Shown piece by piece: positions 63,874 through 64,000 of a stretch of 64,000 nt of DNA. This DNA comes from Candidatus Saccharimonadota bacterium (lineage in GTDB: Bacteria; Patescibacteriota; Saccharimonadia; Saccharimonadales; JAXHMH01). Made by a program: the position numbers and the translations under genes. The stretch's first letter is position 1, and each line of letters begins with the position of its first letter. The stretch is from NCBI GenBank assembly GCA_034521515.1, contig JAXHMH010000002.1:24379-88378 (forward strand). Direction: 5' to 3'. Below the pieces are notes generated by a model. It had not been told where the DNA came from. It searched no databases and saw only the letters and a list, made by a program, of their open reading frames with translations.

Positions 63874-64000
63874 CTAATGTTCAAGTATCTTGTCTATAAG
63901 TTCCGGGAACTCCTCGGTTTTCATGGTATTTCCTAGCATATAGTGGCCGTAATCTGGTATATCAATAAACTCCACGTCATCGCGACCGTCGAATGTTTGG
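63874..64000 (-). CDS. C-terminal end of an alpha/beta-hydrolase-like protein (N-terminus beyond window)
   Basis: Own translation: QTFDGRDDVEFIDIPDYGHYMLGNTMKTEEFPELIDKILEH*; the GH...E..F tail is typical of alpha/beta hydrolases. Confidence 0.4.
   Translation of the reverse strand, partial: QTFDGRDDVEFIDIPDYGHYMLGNTMKTEEFPELIDKILEH

Overview
This is a densely packed bacterial chromosome segment with about 60 protein genes and 3 tRNAs. It carries compact housekeeping genes and a dcw cluster (mraZ-rsmH-ftsL-ftsI-mraY-ftsW-murG-ftsQ) with no mur ligase genes. It also carries sortase, PEGA and DUF1566 surface proteins, and many proteins have disordered or polybasic tails. This content suggests a reduced-genome Patescibacteria/CPR (Saccharibacteria-like) organism, but that is inference only.

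Recognisable genes are a MacB-type ABC pair, pyrH, xth, metK (behind a SAM-I riboswitch), gltX, a VirD4/TraD-like ATPase, two histidine-kinase/response-regulator pairs, a Y-family polymerase, rlmH, der, pth, dprA, topA, a GH1 glycosidase, a NYN protein, a PIF1-like helicase and a DAP-decarboxylase-family enzyme.

The most unusual content is non-coding.
1) Two ~530-nt hairpin-dense paralogous elements (27546-28082, 42629-43158) differ in ways that preserve helices. Their G-U pairs point to a + strand RNA. I could not assign them to any RNA family from memory.
2) Related hairpin and repeat modules fill a 650-bp divergent intergenic region (40915-41570).
3) A ~172-bp palindromic element with terminal inverted repeats sits in frame inside der.
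4) A 1.2-kb insert lies behind rlmH, bounded by a second, synonymously diverged copy of the rlmH 3' end.
5) Two tRNAs carry 19-20-nt duplicates of their own 3' ends.
6) A visibly GC-richer DUF1566 gene is bracketed by inverted arrays of telomere-like GGGTNNA heptamers with G-quadruplex potential.

No CRISPR array, rRNA, transposase or integrase was seen. All coordinates come from manual counting. No database search or folding computation was possible.
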